From contig OZ252046.1 of NCBI GenBank assembly GCA_965247895.1, positions 3,319,155 to 3,383,154 of the forward strand: a stretch of 64,000 nucleotides of DNA, given 5' to 3'. The notes beneath the pieces are model-generated. The model was given only the letters and a program-made list of their open reading frames with translations. It was not told the DNA's origin and made no database searches. Made by a program: the position numbers and the translations under genes. Source of the DNA: Dehalococcoidia bacterium (GTDB lineage: Bacteria; Chloroflexota; Dehalococcoidia; UBA2979). Within the stretch, counting starts at the first letter, position 1; every line of letters begins with the position of its first letter. Below, in pieces: positions 38,506 to 48,679 of the stretch.

Positions 38506-39513
38506 GTGAGCGCCGGTCCGGGTTCGTCGCAGTACGACCCGGTCGCGATCGTCTTCCCCGGCCAGGGCTCGCAGGCGCCCGGTATGGGCCGCCTCGTGCA
38601 CCAGCACTCGGCGCAGGCGCGGCTCGCCTTCGAGGAGGCGAGCGACGTCACCGGCATCGATGTCGCGCGCGTCTGCTTCGAGGGCGACGCCGACGAGCTG
38701 GCGGAGACGCGCTTGACGCAGCCCGCGGTGCTGACCACCTCGACGGCGATCTTCCGCGGCATGTGCGAGAAGCTGGGCGAGGTGCGGCGCTCGATCCAGC
38801 CGCGCCTCTTCGGCGGCCATTCGCTCGGCCTGTTCGGCGCGGCCGTCGCCAGCGAGGCGCTGACCTTCCGCGACGCGCTGCTGGTCGTGCTGGAACGCTC
38901 GCGCCTGATGAGCAGCTTCAACGAGGGCCGCCCCGTCGGGATGGCCTCGATCATCGGCCTCAACGGCGAGCTCGTGCAGGAGATCTGCGAGGGCGCGACG
39001 CACTCGCCCGCGGACCGCGTCGATGTCGCCAACCACAACCTGCAGACGCAGACCGTGATCAGCGGCGACGTCTCCGCCCTCGAACGCGCGATGGAGCACG
39101 CGCGCGAGCTGCAGGGGCGCGTGATCCGGCTGAAGGTCAAGGTCTCCAGCCACACCCCGCTGCACAACGAGCAGGCCGAGGAGTTCGCCGCGATCATCAA
39201 GGACGTGCCGATCAGCGACCCCGTGCGCCCGATCGTCTCGAACCGCAACTCACGCCTGCTGCACACCGCGGCGGAGCTGCGGGAGGAGTTCTCCGAGCAG
39301 TTGCGCGCGCCGGTCTTCTGGGAAGGCAACGTGCGCGCGATGACCAACCAGGGCGTGCACACCTTCATCGAGGTGGGGCCCGGGCACGTGCTCTCGCGCA
39401 TGGTGCGCCGCATCTCCAACCGCGTGGTCGCCGTCTCGCTCGACGACGCCGAGGTTGAGCCGATCCCGATCTCCGTCCTGCCGCTCGACGCTCTCGAGGC
39501 GCCGCAGGGCTGA
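38506..39513 (+). CDS. fabD: malonyl-CoA:ACP transacylase
   Basis: FPGQGSQ and GHSLG motifs. Confidence 0.9.
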   Translation: MSAGPGSSQYDPVAIVFPGQGSQAPGMGRLVHQHSAQARLAFEEASDVTGIDVARVCFEGDADELAETRLTQPAVLTTSTAIFRGMCEKLGEVRRSIQPRLFGGHSLGLFGAAVASEALTFRDALLVVLERSRLMSSFNEGRPVGMASIIGLNGELVQEICEGATHSPADRVDVANHNLQTQTVISGDVSALERAMEHARELQGRVIRLKVKVSSHTPLHNEQAEEFAAIIKDVPISDPVRPIVSNRNSRLLHTAAELREEFSEQLRAPVFWEGNVRAMTNQGVHTFIEVGPGHVLSRMVRRISNRVVAVSLDDAEVEPIPISVLPLDALEAPQG

Positions 39514-40763
39514 TGGCTCAGGCGCCGCGGCGAGTTGTGGTCACGGGCCTCGGGCTGCTCACGCCCCTGGGACTCGATGCCGAATCGACCTGGGACGGCC
39601 TGATCGAGGGCCGCTCCGGTATCGCCCCGATCACAGCCTTCGACACCTCCGCGTTCGAGTGTCCGATCGCCGGTGAGCTGCGCGGCTTCGACCCCGCCAA
39701 GCACGTCGATCCGAAGCTCGCGAGGCGCATCGACCGCTCCTCGGTGCTGGCGATCGCGGCCTCGAAGCAGGCCGTGCAGGACGCGCAGCTCGATCTGGAG
39801 CGGCAGCCTCCGGGCAGCGTCGGCATCGTGCTCGGGACGGGCATCGGTGGGGCGCACCTGCTGATCGAGAACCAGCAGCTGCTGGATCAGCGAGGGCCGC
39901 GCCGGGTCAGCCCCTTCATGATCACCAACTCGCTGCCGGACACCGCCTCCGGCCTCGTCGCGATCGCGCTCGGCGCGGGCGGGCCGAACATGGCCATCAC
40001 CGCCGCCTGCGCGACGGGCGGCGCGGCCGTCGGCGAGGCCGCGGAGATCATCCGCCGCGGCGCAGCCGACGTGATCCTCGCCGGCGGTTTCGAGGCCCCG
40101 TTGCATCCGATCTACTACGCCGGCTTCCAGGCGATGCGCGCCCTCGCCGTGCACGACGACCCGACGCAGGCCTCGCGACCCTTCGACGCCGATCGCAACG
40201 GCTTCGTGATCTCCGAGGGCGCCAGCGTGCTGATCCTCGAGGAGCTCGACCACGCGCTGGCGCGCGGCGCGCGCATCTACGCCGAGTGGGAGGGCGCGGC
40301 CACCGCCAGCGACGCCTTCGACATGGCCGCCGCCGCCGATGACGGGCGTGGCGTCGTGCGCGCAATGCAGCAGGTGTTCGCCGACAGCGAGGTGCCGCCG
40401 GGCGAGGTGGACTACCTCAACGCCCACGGCACGAGCACGCCGCTCAACGACCGCGTCGAGACCCGGGCGATCCGCACCGTCTTCGGCGAGGCTGCGGACC
40501 GCCTCGCGGTCTCCTCAACCAAGTCGATGCTCGGGCACATGATGGGCGCCGCGGGCGCGGTGGAGGCGGCGGTGGCGGTGCTCGCCTGCGATCGGCAGAT
40601 CGTGCCGCCCACGATCAACTATCGTACGCCCGACCCGGATTGCGACCTCGACTACGTGCCGAACGAGGCGCGTCCGATGGAGGTGCGGCACGCGCTGAGC
40701 ACCTCGGTTGGACTCGGGGGGCATAATTCGGTCCTGCTCTTCGGACGCTGGGAGGGTGTGTAA
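39513..40763 (+). CDS. fabF: 3-oxoacyl-ACP synthase II (KAS II), copy 1
   Basis: Active-site Cys (AACATGG) and His (NAHGTSTPLND, GHMMGAAG). Confidence 0.9.
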   Translation: MAQAPRRVVVTGLGLLTPLGLDAESTWDGLIEGRSGIAPITAFDTSAFECPIAGELRGFDPAKHVDPKLARRIDRSSVLAIAASKQAVQDAQLDLERQPPGSVGIVLGTGIGGAHLLIENQQLLDQRGPRRVSPFMITNSLPDTASGLVAIALGAGGPNMAITAACATGGAAVGEAAEIIRRGAADVILAGGFEAPLHPIYYAGFQAMRALAVHDDPTQASRPFDADRNGFVISEGASVLILEELDHALARGARIYAEWEGAATASDAFDMAAAADDGRGVVRAMQQVFADSEVPPGEVDYLNAHGTSTPLNDRVETRAIRTVFGEAADRLAVSSTKSMLGHMMGAAGAVEAAVAVLACDRQIVPPTINYRTPDPDCDLDYVPNEARPMEVRHALSTSVGLGGHNSVLLFGRWEGV

Positions 40764-42061
40764 TGGGCGGCCTCGATCCGAACGCGATGAGTACCCCCGC
40801 CGCCGGCGCGGCCCTGGCGGGGCAGCGCCGCATCGTCGTCACCGGCGTCGGCCTCGTCACCTCCGTCGGGATTGGCCGCGAGGCGACGTGGGACGCGCTG
40901 CTCGCGGGCGAGAACGGCATCGGGCCGGTCACGCTCTGCGAGTCCTCGGACCTCGGCTCGCGCATCGCCGGCGAGGCGCCGGACTTCGACCCGCTGAACT
41001 ACATCGACCGCAAGGCCGCGCGGCGCATGGACCGCTTCGTCCAGCTCTCGATCGCCGCGACACAGGACGCGCTCGAACAGTCGGAGCTCGACATCGCGCC
41101 GATCGCCGACGAGGTCGGGGCGATGATTGGCTCCGGCATGGGCGGCCTCACCTGGCTCGAGGATCAATTCAAGGTGATGTTCGAGAAGGGGCCGCACCGC
41201 GTCTCGCCCTTCCTCGTGCCGGCCTTCATCTCCGACATGGCCGCCGGCCAGGTCTCGATCCGCTTCGGCGCGCGCGGGCCGAACTTCAACACCGTCTCCG
41301 CCTGCGCCTCCGGCGCCGACGCGATCGGCACCGCGCTCGAGGTGATCCGCCGCGGGGACGCGCGCGCGATGATCACCGGCGGCAGCGACGCCTGCGTGAC
41401 GCGCATGGGCCTCGCCTCCTTCCACGCCTCGCGGGCGCTGTCCACGCAGCGCAACGACGACCCCGAGCACGCCTCGCGGCCGTTCGACATGGAGCGCGAC
41501 GGCTTCGTGCTGGCCGAGGGCGCGGGCACGCTGATCCTCGAGGAGCTCGAGTTCGCGAAGGCGCGCGGCGCCACGATCCTCGCCGAGGCCGTCTCCTACG
41601 GGCAGTCGGCCGACGCCTTCCACGTCACGCAGCCGTCCGCGAACGGCGAGGGCGCCGCGCGCGCGATGAAGATCGCGCTGCGCAAGGGCGGCGTCGCCGC
41701 GAGCGACGTCGGCTACATCAACGCGCACGGCACGAGCACGCCGCTCAACGACAAGTTCGAGACGATGTCGATCAAGGCCGTCTTCGGCGAGTCCGCGCTC
41801 GGCATCCCCATCTCCTCGACGAAGTCGATGCTCGGCCACACGCTCGGCGCGGCGGGCGGCATCGAGTCCGCCGTCACCGTGCTCTCGCTCCGCGACCAGC
41901 GGCTGCACATGACGCGCAACCTCGAAGTCCCCGACCCCGACTGCGACCTCGACTACATCGCCGAGGGCGCGCGCGACGTGGACATCGAGTACGCGATGAT
42001 GAACTCCCTGGGCTTCGGCGGTCACAACTCCTCCCTGATATTCCGGAGGTACCACGACTAA
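40763..42061 (+). CDS. 3-oxoacyl-ACP synthase II paralog, copy 2 (catalytic triad intact)
   Basis: Cys in VSACASG plus NAHGTSTPLND and GHTLGAAGG. Not a chain-length-factor type, since the Cys is retained. Confidence 0.9.
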   Translation: MGGLDPNAMSTPAAGAALAGQRRIVVTGVGLVTSVGIGREATWDALLAGENGIGPVTLCESSDLGSRIAGEAPDFDPLNYIDRKAARRMDRFVQLSIAATQDALEQSELDIAPIADEVGAMIGSGMGGLTWLEDQFKVMFEKGPHRVSPFLVPAFISDMAAGQVSIRFGARGPNFNTVSACASGADAIGTALEVIRRGDARAMITGGSDACVTRMGLASFHASRALSTQRNDDPEHASRPFDMERDGFVLAEGAGTLILEELEFAKARGATILAEAVSYGQSADAFHVTQPSANGEGAARAMKIALRKGGVAASDVGYINAHGTSTPLNDKFETMSIKAVFGESALGIPISSTKSMLGHTLGAAGGIESAVTVLSLRDQRLHMTRNLEVPDPDCDLDYIAEGARDVDIEYAMMNSLGFGGHNSSLIFRRYHD

Positions 42062-42077
42062 CCCGACCGCCCCGCCA

Positions 42078-43772
42078 ATGGACGCGCGGCTGATCGAGGG
42101 CTCCGGTGGACGCCGCTGGCGCATTCGCGCCGCGCCCGACATCGGCGCATTCGAGGGCGCCGAATGGCCGCCGCTGATCTCCGCCCTGCTCGCGAACCGC
42201 GGCGTGCGCAGCCTCGACGAGGCGATCGCGTACCTCGGCGAGCCGGGGGAGCTGACTGACCCCGCGCTGATGCCGGACCTCGACATCGCCGTCGAGCGGC
42301 TGGAGCGGGCCTGCGCCGGGGCCGAGACGGTCGCGATCCTCGGCGACTTCGACGTCGACGGGCTGACCTCGACGGCGATCCTCAGCGAGGGCCTGCGCGA
42401 CCTCGGCGCGCATCCGCTGCCCTACATCCCGGACCGCTTCAGCGAGGGCTACGGCCCCAACCCGCAGGCCGTCCGCACGCTGCACGCGCAGGGCGCCAGC
42501 GTGCTGGTGACGGCGGACTGCGGCACCTCGGCGCTGCGCGAGGTGGAGCTGGCCAACGAGCTGGGCATGGACGTGATCGTGATCGACCATCACACCGTGC
42601 CGGACGAGCTCCCCGATGCGCTCGCGCTCGTGAACCCGAAGCTCGGCGGCTCGCAGTACGGATCCGAGCCCGCCGCCGTCGGCGTCGCGCACAAGGTCGT
42701 CGACCAGCTCTACGTGCGGGCGGGCCGCGACGGATCGCCCGAGGAGCACCGCGCGCTCGTCGCCCTCGGGACGATCTGCGACCTCGCGCCGATGCTGGGC
42801 GAGAACCGCGACCTGGTGCGCATCGGGCTGCGCGCGCTGGCGCGCTCGCGGCGTCCCGGCCTGCGTGCGCTGGCGGCGGTGGCGAAGGTCGTCCTCGCCG
42901 AGGCTGATCCCGACCTCTGCGGCTGGCAGCTCGGCCCTCGGATCAACGCCGCCGGGCGGATGGCGCACGCCAGCACGGCGCTCGAACTGCTGCTGACCGG
43001 CGACGAGGATGAGGCACAGCGCCTCGCGGCCGAACTGGACCGGCTCAACCTCGAGCGCCGCGAGGAGACGACGGCCGCCCTCGATCTGGCCGGCGAGCTG
43101 CTGACGCCCGGGGAGCTGGAAGCGCCGCTGCTGATCGTCGCGAGCGAGCAGTTCTCCTCGGGTATCGTCGGCCTCGTCGCCGGGCGGCTCGCGGAGGCGC
43201 ACCACCGGCCCGCGATCGCGCTCCAGATCGCCGAGGGGGAGTGCCGCGCCTCGTGCCGCTCGATCGACGCCTTCGACATCACGGCGCTGCTGCGCCGCCA
43301 CGCCGACCTCTTCCTGCGCTTCGGCGGCCACCGCGCCGCCGCCGGCTTCAGCATCGAGGCGCATCGATTGCCCGAGCTGCGCGAGCGCCTCGTCGCCGAC
43401 GCCGCCGAGCAGCTGACGCCCGCCGACCTCACGCCGACGATCGACATCGAGGCCGAACTACCGGTCGCCGCCGTCAACGGTGAGCTGCTGCGCCACCTCC
43501 AGCAGCTCGGCCCGCACGGCATCGGCAACCCGACGCCGCGCTTCCTCGCGAGGGCGGTGCGCATCCTCAACAGCCGCGTCGTGGGCAGCGACCGGTCGCA
43601 CCTCCAGTTCACGCTCAAGGAGGGCCGCGTCACCTGGCGCGCCATCGCCTTCGGCCTCGCGGAGCACGCGGTCCCCGACGGCGAGGCGGCGGACATCGTC
43701 TACACGTTCAGCAAGGACAACTTCCGCGGCACCCTCCAGCTCGAGGTGCTGGACCTGCGGGCGGCGGGGTAG
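42078..43772 (+). CDS. recJ: single-stranded-DNA-specific exonuclease RecJ
   Basis: DHH motifs (GDFDVDGLTS, VIDHH) and DHHA1 region. Confidence 0.85.
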   Translation: MDARLIEGSGGRRWRIRAAPDIGAFEGAEWPPLISALLANRGVRSLDEAIAYLGEPGELTDPALMPDLDIAVERLERACAGAETVAILGDFDVDGLTSTAILSEGLRDLGAHPLPYIPDRFSEGYGPNPQAVRTLHAQGASVLVTADCGTSALREVELANELGMDVIVIDHHTVPDELPDALALVNPKLGGSQYGSEPAAVGVAHKVVDQLYVRAGRDGSPEEHRALVALGTICDLAPMLGENRDLVRIGLRALARSRRPGLRALAAVAKVVLAEADPDLCGWQLGPRINAAGRMAHASTALELLLTGDEDEAQRLAAELDRLNLERREETTAALDLAGELLTPGELEAPLLIVASEQFSSGIVGLVAGRLAEAHHRPAIALQIAEGECRASCRSIDAFDITALLRRHADLFLRFGGHRAAAGFSIEAHRLPELRERLVADAAEQLTPADLTPTIDIEAELPVAAVNGELLRHLQQLGPHGIGNPTPRFLARAVRILNSRVVGSDRSHLQFTLKEGRVTWRAIAFGLAEHAVPDGEAADIVYTFSKDNFRGTLQLEVLDLRAAG

Positions 43773-43779
43773 GGGCCCG

Positions 43780-44058
43780 TCACGCGCGGGTGGGCTCTGC
43801 CTCCAGGCGGCTTGCGCAGCGGCGGGCCTCGGCGGCGAAGGTGTCCTCGTCCGCCGCCCCGCTCACGACGGTCTCTGCAATCAGGGCGAGGCGCTCGACC
43901 ATCTCCGCCTCAGCAGGACCGATCTCGCGGCTGTCCGTAACTGAGACTTCCCAGCCGCGAACCGCGTCAAGATCCATCTCGCCGGCGAGGTAGGCGTTCA
44001 AGGTGAGCAGAAGCTCGTTCTGGAGTAGCGTCAGAGGCATCAGAGGACTTCCCGCCAC
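43780..44058 (-). CDS. hypothetical small protein (92 aa)
   Basis: ORF with balanced, non-Arg-biased composition in an otherwise empty convergent gap. No family recognised. Confidence 0.35.
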   Translation of the reverse strand: MAGSPLMPLTLLQNELLLTLNAYLAGEMDLDAVRGWEVSVTDSREIGPAEAEMVERLALIAETVVSGAADEDTFAAEARRCASRLEAEPTRA

Positions 44059-44195
44059 GAACCGGTACCCTTGCCGCAGATCGTACTACCTGTCTACCAC
44101 GCCGCCACAGTCCCCAACGCCTGACCCCACCTGCCCTCGCGCGCCCGTGCGGTGTAACATCCCGCCACCACGTGCGCGCGGGGGGTGCCGACACG

Positions 44196-46247
44196 ATGAA
44201 CGCCTACACGTCCGAACAGCTTCGCAACGTCGTCCTGCTGGGGCACAGCGGGGCGGGGAAGACGATGCTGGGCGAGGCGATGCTCTTCGCCTCCGGCGTC
44301 ACCAACCGCCTCGGCCGCGTCGAGGACGGCAACACCGTCTCCGACTACGACGCCGAGGAGCACGCCCGCACCTACTCGATCTCGCTCTCCGTGCTGCCCG
44401 TCGAGTGGGCCGGGCAGCGCCTCAACATCATCGACACGCCGGGCTACGCCGACTTCATCGGCGAGGTCGTCAGCGGCCTCGCCGCCGCCGACTCCGCGCT
44501 CATCACCGTCGACGCCTCCAGCGGCATCGAGGCCGGCGCGGAGCTCGCCTGGGATCAGGCGGAGGCGCGCGGCCTGCCGCGCTTCATTGCCGTCACGCGC
44601 ATGGACCGCGAACACGCAAACTTCGAGCAGGTGCTCGACGAGGTGCGCGATCGCTTCGGCGTGAAGGTCGTCCCGCTGGCGATCCCGATCGGGTCCGCCG
44701 ACTCCTTCGAGGGCATCGTCCACCTCGCCAGCGGCGACGCGCGCATGGGCGCCGACGCGACGGCCGGCCCGGCTCCCGACGACCTCGCGGACGCCATCGA
44801 GGCCGCGCGCGAGCAGCTGATCGAGTCGATCGCCGAGACCGACGATGAGCTGCTCGAGCTCTACCTTGAGGGCGAGGATCTGCCGCCCGAGCGTGTCGCG
44901 GCGGTGCTGGCGGCGGCGGTCGCGGCCGGCGACGTGGTGCCGGTGCTGCCGGTCTGCGCCGTCAGCGGCGTCGGCGTGCGGACGCTGCTGAACGAGCTTG
45001 CGAGGCTGCTGCCCTCGCCGCTCGGCAGGGAGCACGAGCTGGCCGACGGCTCCTGCACCACGGACCCCTCGGGCCCGCTGGTGGTGCACGTCTTCAAGAC
45101 GGCCGCGGACCCCTTCGTCGGCAGGCTGACGTTCATGAAGGTGCTGAGCGGGGTGCTCACGCCCGATGCGAACCCTTACAACCCGGAGCGGCGTACCAAC
45201 GAGCGGCTGGGGCATCTCTTCATCCAGCGCGGCAAGGAGCAGATCGAGACGCCGCAGCTGGCCGCGGGCGACATCGGCGTGGCCGCCAAGCTCGCCGAGA
45301 CGATGACCGGCGACACGCTCCTCGGCAGCGACGCGCAGAACGAGCGCGTGCCGGCCCTCCCGTTCCCGGAGGCGACGTTCCGCTCCGCGCTCCACCCGAA
45401 GACGAAGGCCGACGTCGACAAACTCTCCTCGGCCCTCCAGCGGCTGGTCGAGCAGGATCCGACGCTCGCGGTCGTCCGAGACGCGAATACGAGCGAGACG
45501 GTGATGTCGACGATCGGCGACGCGCAGGCCAACATCACCGCCGCGCGCCTCGAGAAGAACTACGGCGTCGAGGTAGACGTGACGATCCCGGTGGTGGCCT
45601 ACCGCGAGACGGTCACGACCAAGGCAAAGGCCGAGTACAGGCACAAGAAGCAGACTGGCGGACACGGCCAGTACGGCCATGTCGTCATCGAGGTCGACGC
45701 GGCCGAGCGCGGTGCGGGGTTCACCTTCGAGCAGAAGGTCGTGGGCGGGAACGTGCCGAGGCAGTTCATCCCCGCGGTCGAGAAGGGCCTGATGGAGACG
45801 CTTCCGGATGGGCCGCTCGCGCACGCGCCGATCGTCGATGTACGCGTGACGCTGCTCGACGGCTCCTCGCACTCGGTGGACTCCTCGGAGATGGCGTTCA
45901 AGCTGGCCGCCGCGCAGGCGCTGAAGCAGGGCTTCCTCGACGCAGGGCCGATCCTGCTGGAGCCGATCGTGCGGCTCGTGGTGCGCGTCCCCGGCGACCG
46001 CGTCGGCGACGTGATGAGCGACCTCAACGGCCGTCGCGGCCAGGTCCACGGCGTGGACACCGAGGGCGACTACAGCGTGATCCAGGGCGAGGCCCCGCTC
46101 GCCGAGATCCAGCGCTACGGCCCCGACCTGCGCTCGATGACCAACGGCCGCGGCACCTTCACCGTCGCCGTCGACCGCTACGCCGAGGTGCCGGTGCACG
46201 TGCAGGAGCAGGTGCTGAAGGAGCTGCAGGCCGCCGCCGAGGCCTAG
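44196..46247 (+). CDS. elongation factor G paralog (EF-G2-like GTPase)
   Basis: GHSGAGKTML, DTPGYADF, plus EF-G domains II-V. Start at MNAYTSEQL (internal Met of ORF 44172..46247). Confidence 0.85.
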   Translation: MNAYTSEQLRNVVLLGHSGAGKTMLGEAMLFASGVTNRLGRVEDGNTVSDYDAEEHARTYSISLSVLPVEWAGQRLNIIDTPGYADFIGEVVSGLAAADSALITVDASSGIEAGAELAWDQAEARGLPRFIAVTRMDREHANFEQVLDEVRDRFGVKVVPLAIPIGSADSFEGIVHLASGDARMGADATAGPAPDDLADAIEAAREQLIESIAETDDELLELYLEGEDLPPERVAAVLAAAVAAGDVVPVLPVCAVSGVGVRTLLNELARLLPSPLGREHELADGSCTTDPSGPLVVHVFKTAADPFVGRLTFMKVLSGVLTPDANPYNPERRTNERLGHLFIQRGKEQIETPQLAAGDIGVAAKLAETMTGDTLLGSDAQNERVPALPFPEATFRSALHPKTKADVDKLSSALQRLVEQDPTLAVVRDANTSETVMSTIGDAQANITAARLEKNYGVEVDVTIPVVAYRETVTTKAKAEYRHKKQTGGHGQYGHVVIEVDAAERGAGFTFEQKVVGGNVPRQFIPAVEKGLMETLPDGPLAHAPIVDVRVTLLDGSSHSVDSSEMAFKLAAAQALKQGFLDAGPILLEPIVRLVVRVPGDRVGDVMSDLNGRRGQVHGVDTEGDYSVIQGEAPLAEIQRYGPDLRSMTNGRGTFTVAVDRYAEVPVHVQEQVLKELQAAAEA

Positions 46248-46253
46248 CCGCCC

Positions 46254-46334
46254 GACCCTTGGGCCGCCTCAGGCCGGCGCGGGGCCGAGTTCCGGGTTGC
46301 GCCAGATCGTCTCGTACTGGCGGCTGCGGATCGC
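46254..46334. repeat. 81-bp direct repeat, copy 1 (orphan duplicate of the 3' end of gene 46984..47442)
   Basis: cccttgggccgcctcaggccggcgcggggccgagttccgggttgcgccagatcgtctcgtactggcggCTgcggatcgcg is identical to 46971..47050 except 1 nt. The minus strand encodes ...AIRSRQYETIWRNPELGPAPA*. Confidence 0.7.
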
Positions 46335-46406
46335 GCCGGGGTTTCTGTATTGGGCGCCCGTAACCTGTGGCACGTATTCCGCACGGTTCCGGCGAGGAGG
46401 CTGGAG

Positions 46407-46964
46407 ATGACGACTGCGGGGACGAGGCTCCTGACTGCCGACGATCTCCTGCGGCTCCACGATGAGGGCGTCCGCGGTGAACTGATCCGGGGAGTGCTTT
46501 CCGAGACTCTGCCGGCTGGACATGCACACGGCAGAATCGTGATGAAGCTGGGCTTCGAGCTGATGAGCTTCGTCGAGCCGCGGCAGCTGGGAACACTTGT
46601 TGGCTCGGACGCCGGTGTCTGGCTGGAGCGTGACCCCGACACCGTGCGCGAGCCCGACTTTGCCCACACCTCGGCTGAGAAGATCCCGTTGGACGCGTGG
46701 ATTGATGGCTACGCCGAGGTGGCGCCGGACCTCGTGGTGGGGGTCGCTTCACCCAGCGACAGCCGGCGCGAGGTCAACGACAAGGCGCTGATGTGGCTGA
46801 GCTACGGCGTGCGCCTCGTATGGGTCGTACACCCGGATACACGGACGGTCGACATACACCGGGAGGGCCGCACGGTCTCGACGCTCGCCGGTGACGACGA
46901 TCTCGACGGCATGGATGTGCTTCCCGGGTTCACCTGCCCGGTGCGCGCCGTGTTCGGGGGGTAA
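46407..46964 (+). CDS. Uma2-family (DUF820) putative restriction-endonuclease-like protein
   Basis: MTTAGTRLLTADDLLRL...PDLVVGV...; GGAGG SD before ATG 46407 (internal Met of ORF 46350..46964). Confidence 0.75.
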   Translation: MTTAGTRLLTADDLLRLHDEGVRGELIRGVLSETLPAGHAHGRIVMKLGFELMSFVEPRQLGTLVGSDAGVWLERDPDTVREPDFAHTSAEKIPLDAWIDGYAEVAPDLVVGVASPSDSRREVNDKALMWLSYGVRLVWVVHPDTRTVDIHREGRTVSTLAGDDDLDGMDVLPGFTCPVRAVFGG

Positions 46965-46970
46965 GGCGAA

Positions 46971-47050
46971 CCCTTGGGCCGCCTCAGGCCGGCGCGGGGC
47001 CGAGTTCCGGGTTGCGCCAGATCGTCTCGTACTGGCGGCCGCGGATCGCG
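46971..47050. repeat. 81-bp direct repeat, copy 2 (functional 3' end of gene 46984..47442)
   Basis: See copy 1. Confidence 0.7.
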
Positions 47051-47442
47051 TTGCCGAGTTCCTGCTGCTCGAGGGCGTAGAGCTCCGCGAGACAGTCCCG
47101 GGCGCGCGCCAACTCGGCCTCGCCCCCTGTCGCGCCGAGGCGCGCGACCACGTGCTCCCAGACGCCGGCCTCCTCGAGCGCTCCGACGCGCCGCGTCCAG
47201 GGGATCAGCGTGATCGAGTCCGGGCGCGGGAGCCGGGGGCGCAGTCGCTTCAGCGACTCGAAGCGCTCCCTCGGGTTGCGCACCATCGGCACGACGCCGA
47301 TGTAGGGGCGGACGAACTTGCCGGATCGCGTGTCCAGCAGCAGCGTCCGGCGCAGCATCGGGAAGTAGATCGAGACGACCGAGGCCTCCTCGATGTTCTC
47401 GCAGATGCCCTCGATGTCGATTTCGAAGCCTCCGTCAAGCAT
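46984..47442 (-). CDS. hypothetical protein (152 aa) immediately downstream of tyrS
   Basis: ORF with an 8-nt overlap onto the tyrS start. Its C-terminus ...GRQYETIWRNPELGPAPA is duplicated at 46254..46334. Confidence 0.5.
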   Translation of the reverse strand: MLDGGFEIDIEGICENIEEASVVSIYFPMLRRTLLLDTRSGKFVRPYIGVVPMVRNPRERFESLKRLRPRLPRPDSITLIPWTRRVGALEEAGVWEHVVARLGATGGEAELARARDCLAELYALEQQELGNAIRGRQYETIWRNPELGPAPA

Positions 47443-48679
47443 CGCTTGCTCCTGACTCCTTCACTCCATCGGGGTTCGCGACCAGCCGCAGGAAGCGCCG
47501 GCGCCCCACGCGCAGCTCGTCGCCCGGGTGGACCGTGCAGTCGAACGCCGAGACCGGCTCGCCGTTGACGCGCACCGCGCCCTGCTCGACGAGCCGTCGC
47601 ACCTCGGCGCCGCTCTTCGCAAGTTCGGCGTCCACCAGCACGCGGTCGAGGCGTCCCGATGGCGCGAGCGCGCCGTCCGGCGCGAGCGCGTACACCGGCA
47701 TCTCGTCCGGAGTCTGGCGGCGCTGGAACGTCGACTCGAAGTAGTCGCGTGCGGCCTCGGCCGCGGCGGCATCGTGCAGCCCGGAGGTGATCTCGAAGGC
47801 GAGCCGCTTCTTTGCCTCCATCGGCGAGCCCGCGAGCAGCGCCGCGATCTCCACGCCCGAGAGGTCCGTGAGCAGCGTGAAGTAGTTGCGCAGCGAGGAG
47901 TCCGGGATCGACATCACCTTGCCGAACAGGTCGTTCGGCGGCTCGTCGATGCCGATGTGGTTGCCGAGCGACTTCGACATCTTCTCGTGGCCGTCGGTGC
48001 CGGCGAGGAGCGGCAGCGTGATCGCGATCTGCGGACGTTGGCCGTACTCGCGCTGGAGCTGGCGGCCGGCCATCAGGTTGAAGAGCTGGTCGCTGCCGCC
48101 GATCTGCACGTCGGTCTCCATCGCGACCGCGTCGTAGGCCTGCATCAGCGCGTAGAGGAACTCGCTGACGTGGATCGGGTCGTGGCGCTCGAAGCGGCGC
48201 GCGAGATTGTCGCGCTCCAGGAACTGCGCCACCGTGAAGTGCGAGGCGAGGCGCAGCACCTCGCCGAAGTTGAGCTTGCCGAGCCAGTCCGCGTTGCGCC
48301 GCACGATCGTGCGCTCCCGGTCCAGGATGCGGAACACCTGGTCCACGTAGGTGCGGCTGTTCGCCTCGATCTCCTCCGGGGAGAGCATCGGGCGGGTCTT
48401 GTTCTTGTCCGAGGGGTCGCTGACGAGGCTGGTGAAGTTGCCGATCAGGAACGTCACCTCGTGGCCGAAGTCCTGGAAGGTGCGCAGCTTGCGCATCGTC
48501 AGCGTGTGGCCGAGGTGCAGATCGACCGCCGTCGGGTCGTAGCCGCAGTAGACGCGCAGCGGACGGCCCTCGGCGAGCCGCTCGCGCAACTCGCGCTCCA
48601 TCGTGCGGCGCGTCGCCTCGTCCCCGAACTCCGCGCCGCGCATGATCGCGGCGAACTGCTGCTCGATCGTTGCGCTCAT
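47435..48679 (-). CDS. tyrS: tyrosyl-tRNA synthetase
   Basis: HIGH-type motif DLHLGH, KMSKSLGN, C-terminal S4 domain. Confidence 0.9.
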   Translation of the reverse strand: MSATIEQQFAAIMRGAEFGDEATRRTMERELRERLAEGRPLRVYCGYDPTAVDLHLGHTLTMRKLRTFQDFGHEVTFLIGNFTSLVSDPSDKNKTRPMLSPEEIEANSRTYVDQVFRILDRERTIVRRNADWLGKLNFGEVLRLASHFTVAQFLERDNLARRFERHDPIHVSEFLYALMQAYDAVAMETDVQIGGSDQLFNLMAGRQLQREYGQRPQIAITLPLLAGTDGHEKMSKSLGNHIGIDEPPNDLFGKVMSIPDSSLRNYFTLLTDLSGVEIAALLAGSPMEAKKRLAFEITSGLHDAAAAEAARDYFESTFQRRQTPDEMPVYALAPDGALAPSGRLDRVLVDAELAKSGAEVRRLVEQGAVRVNGEPVSAFDCTVHPGDELRVGRRRFLRLVANPDGVKESGASDA

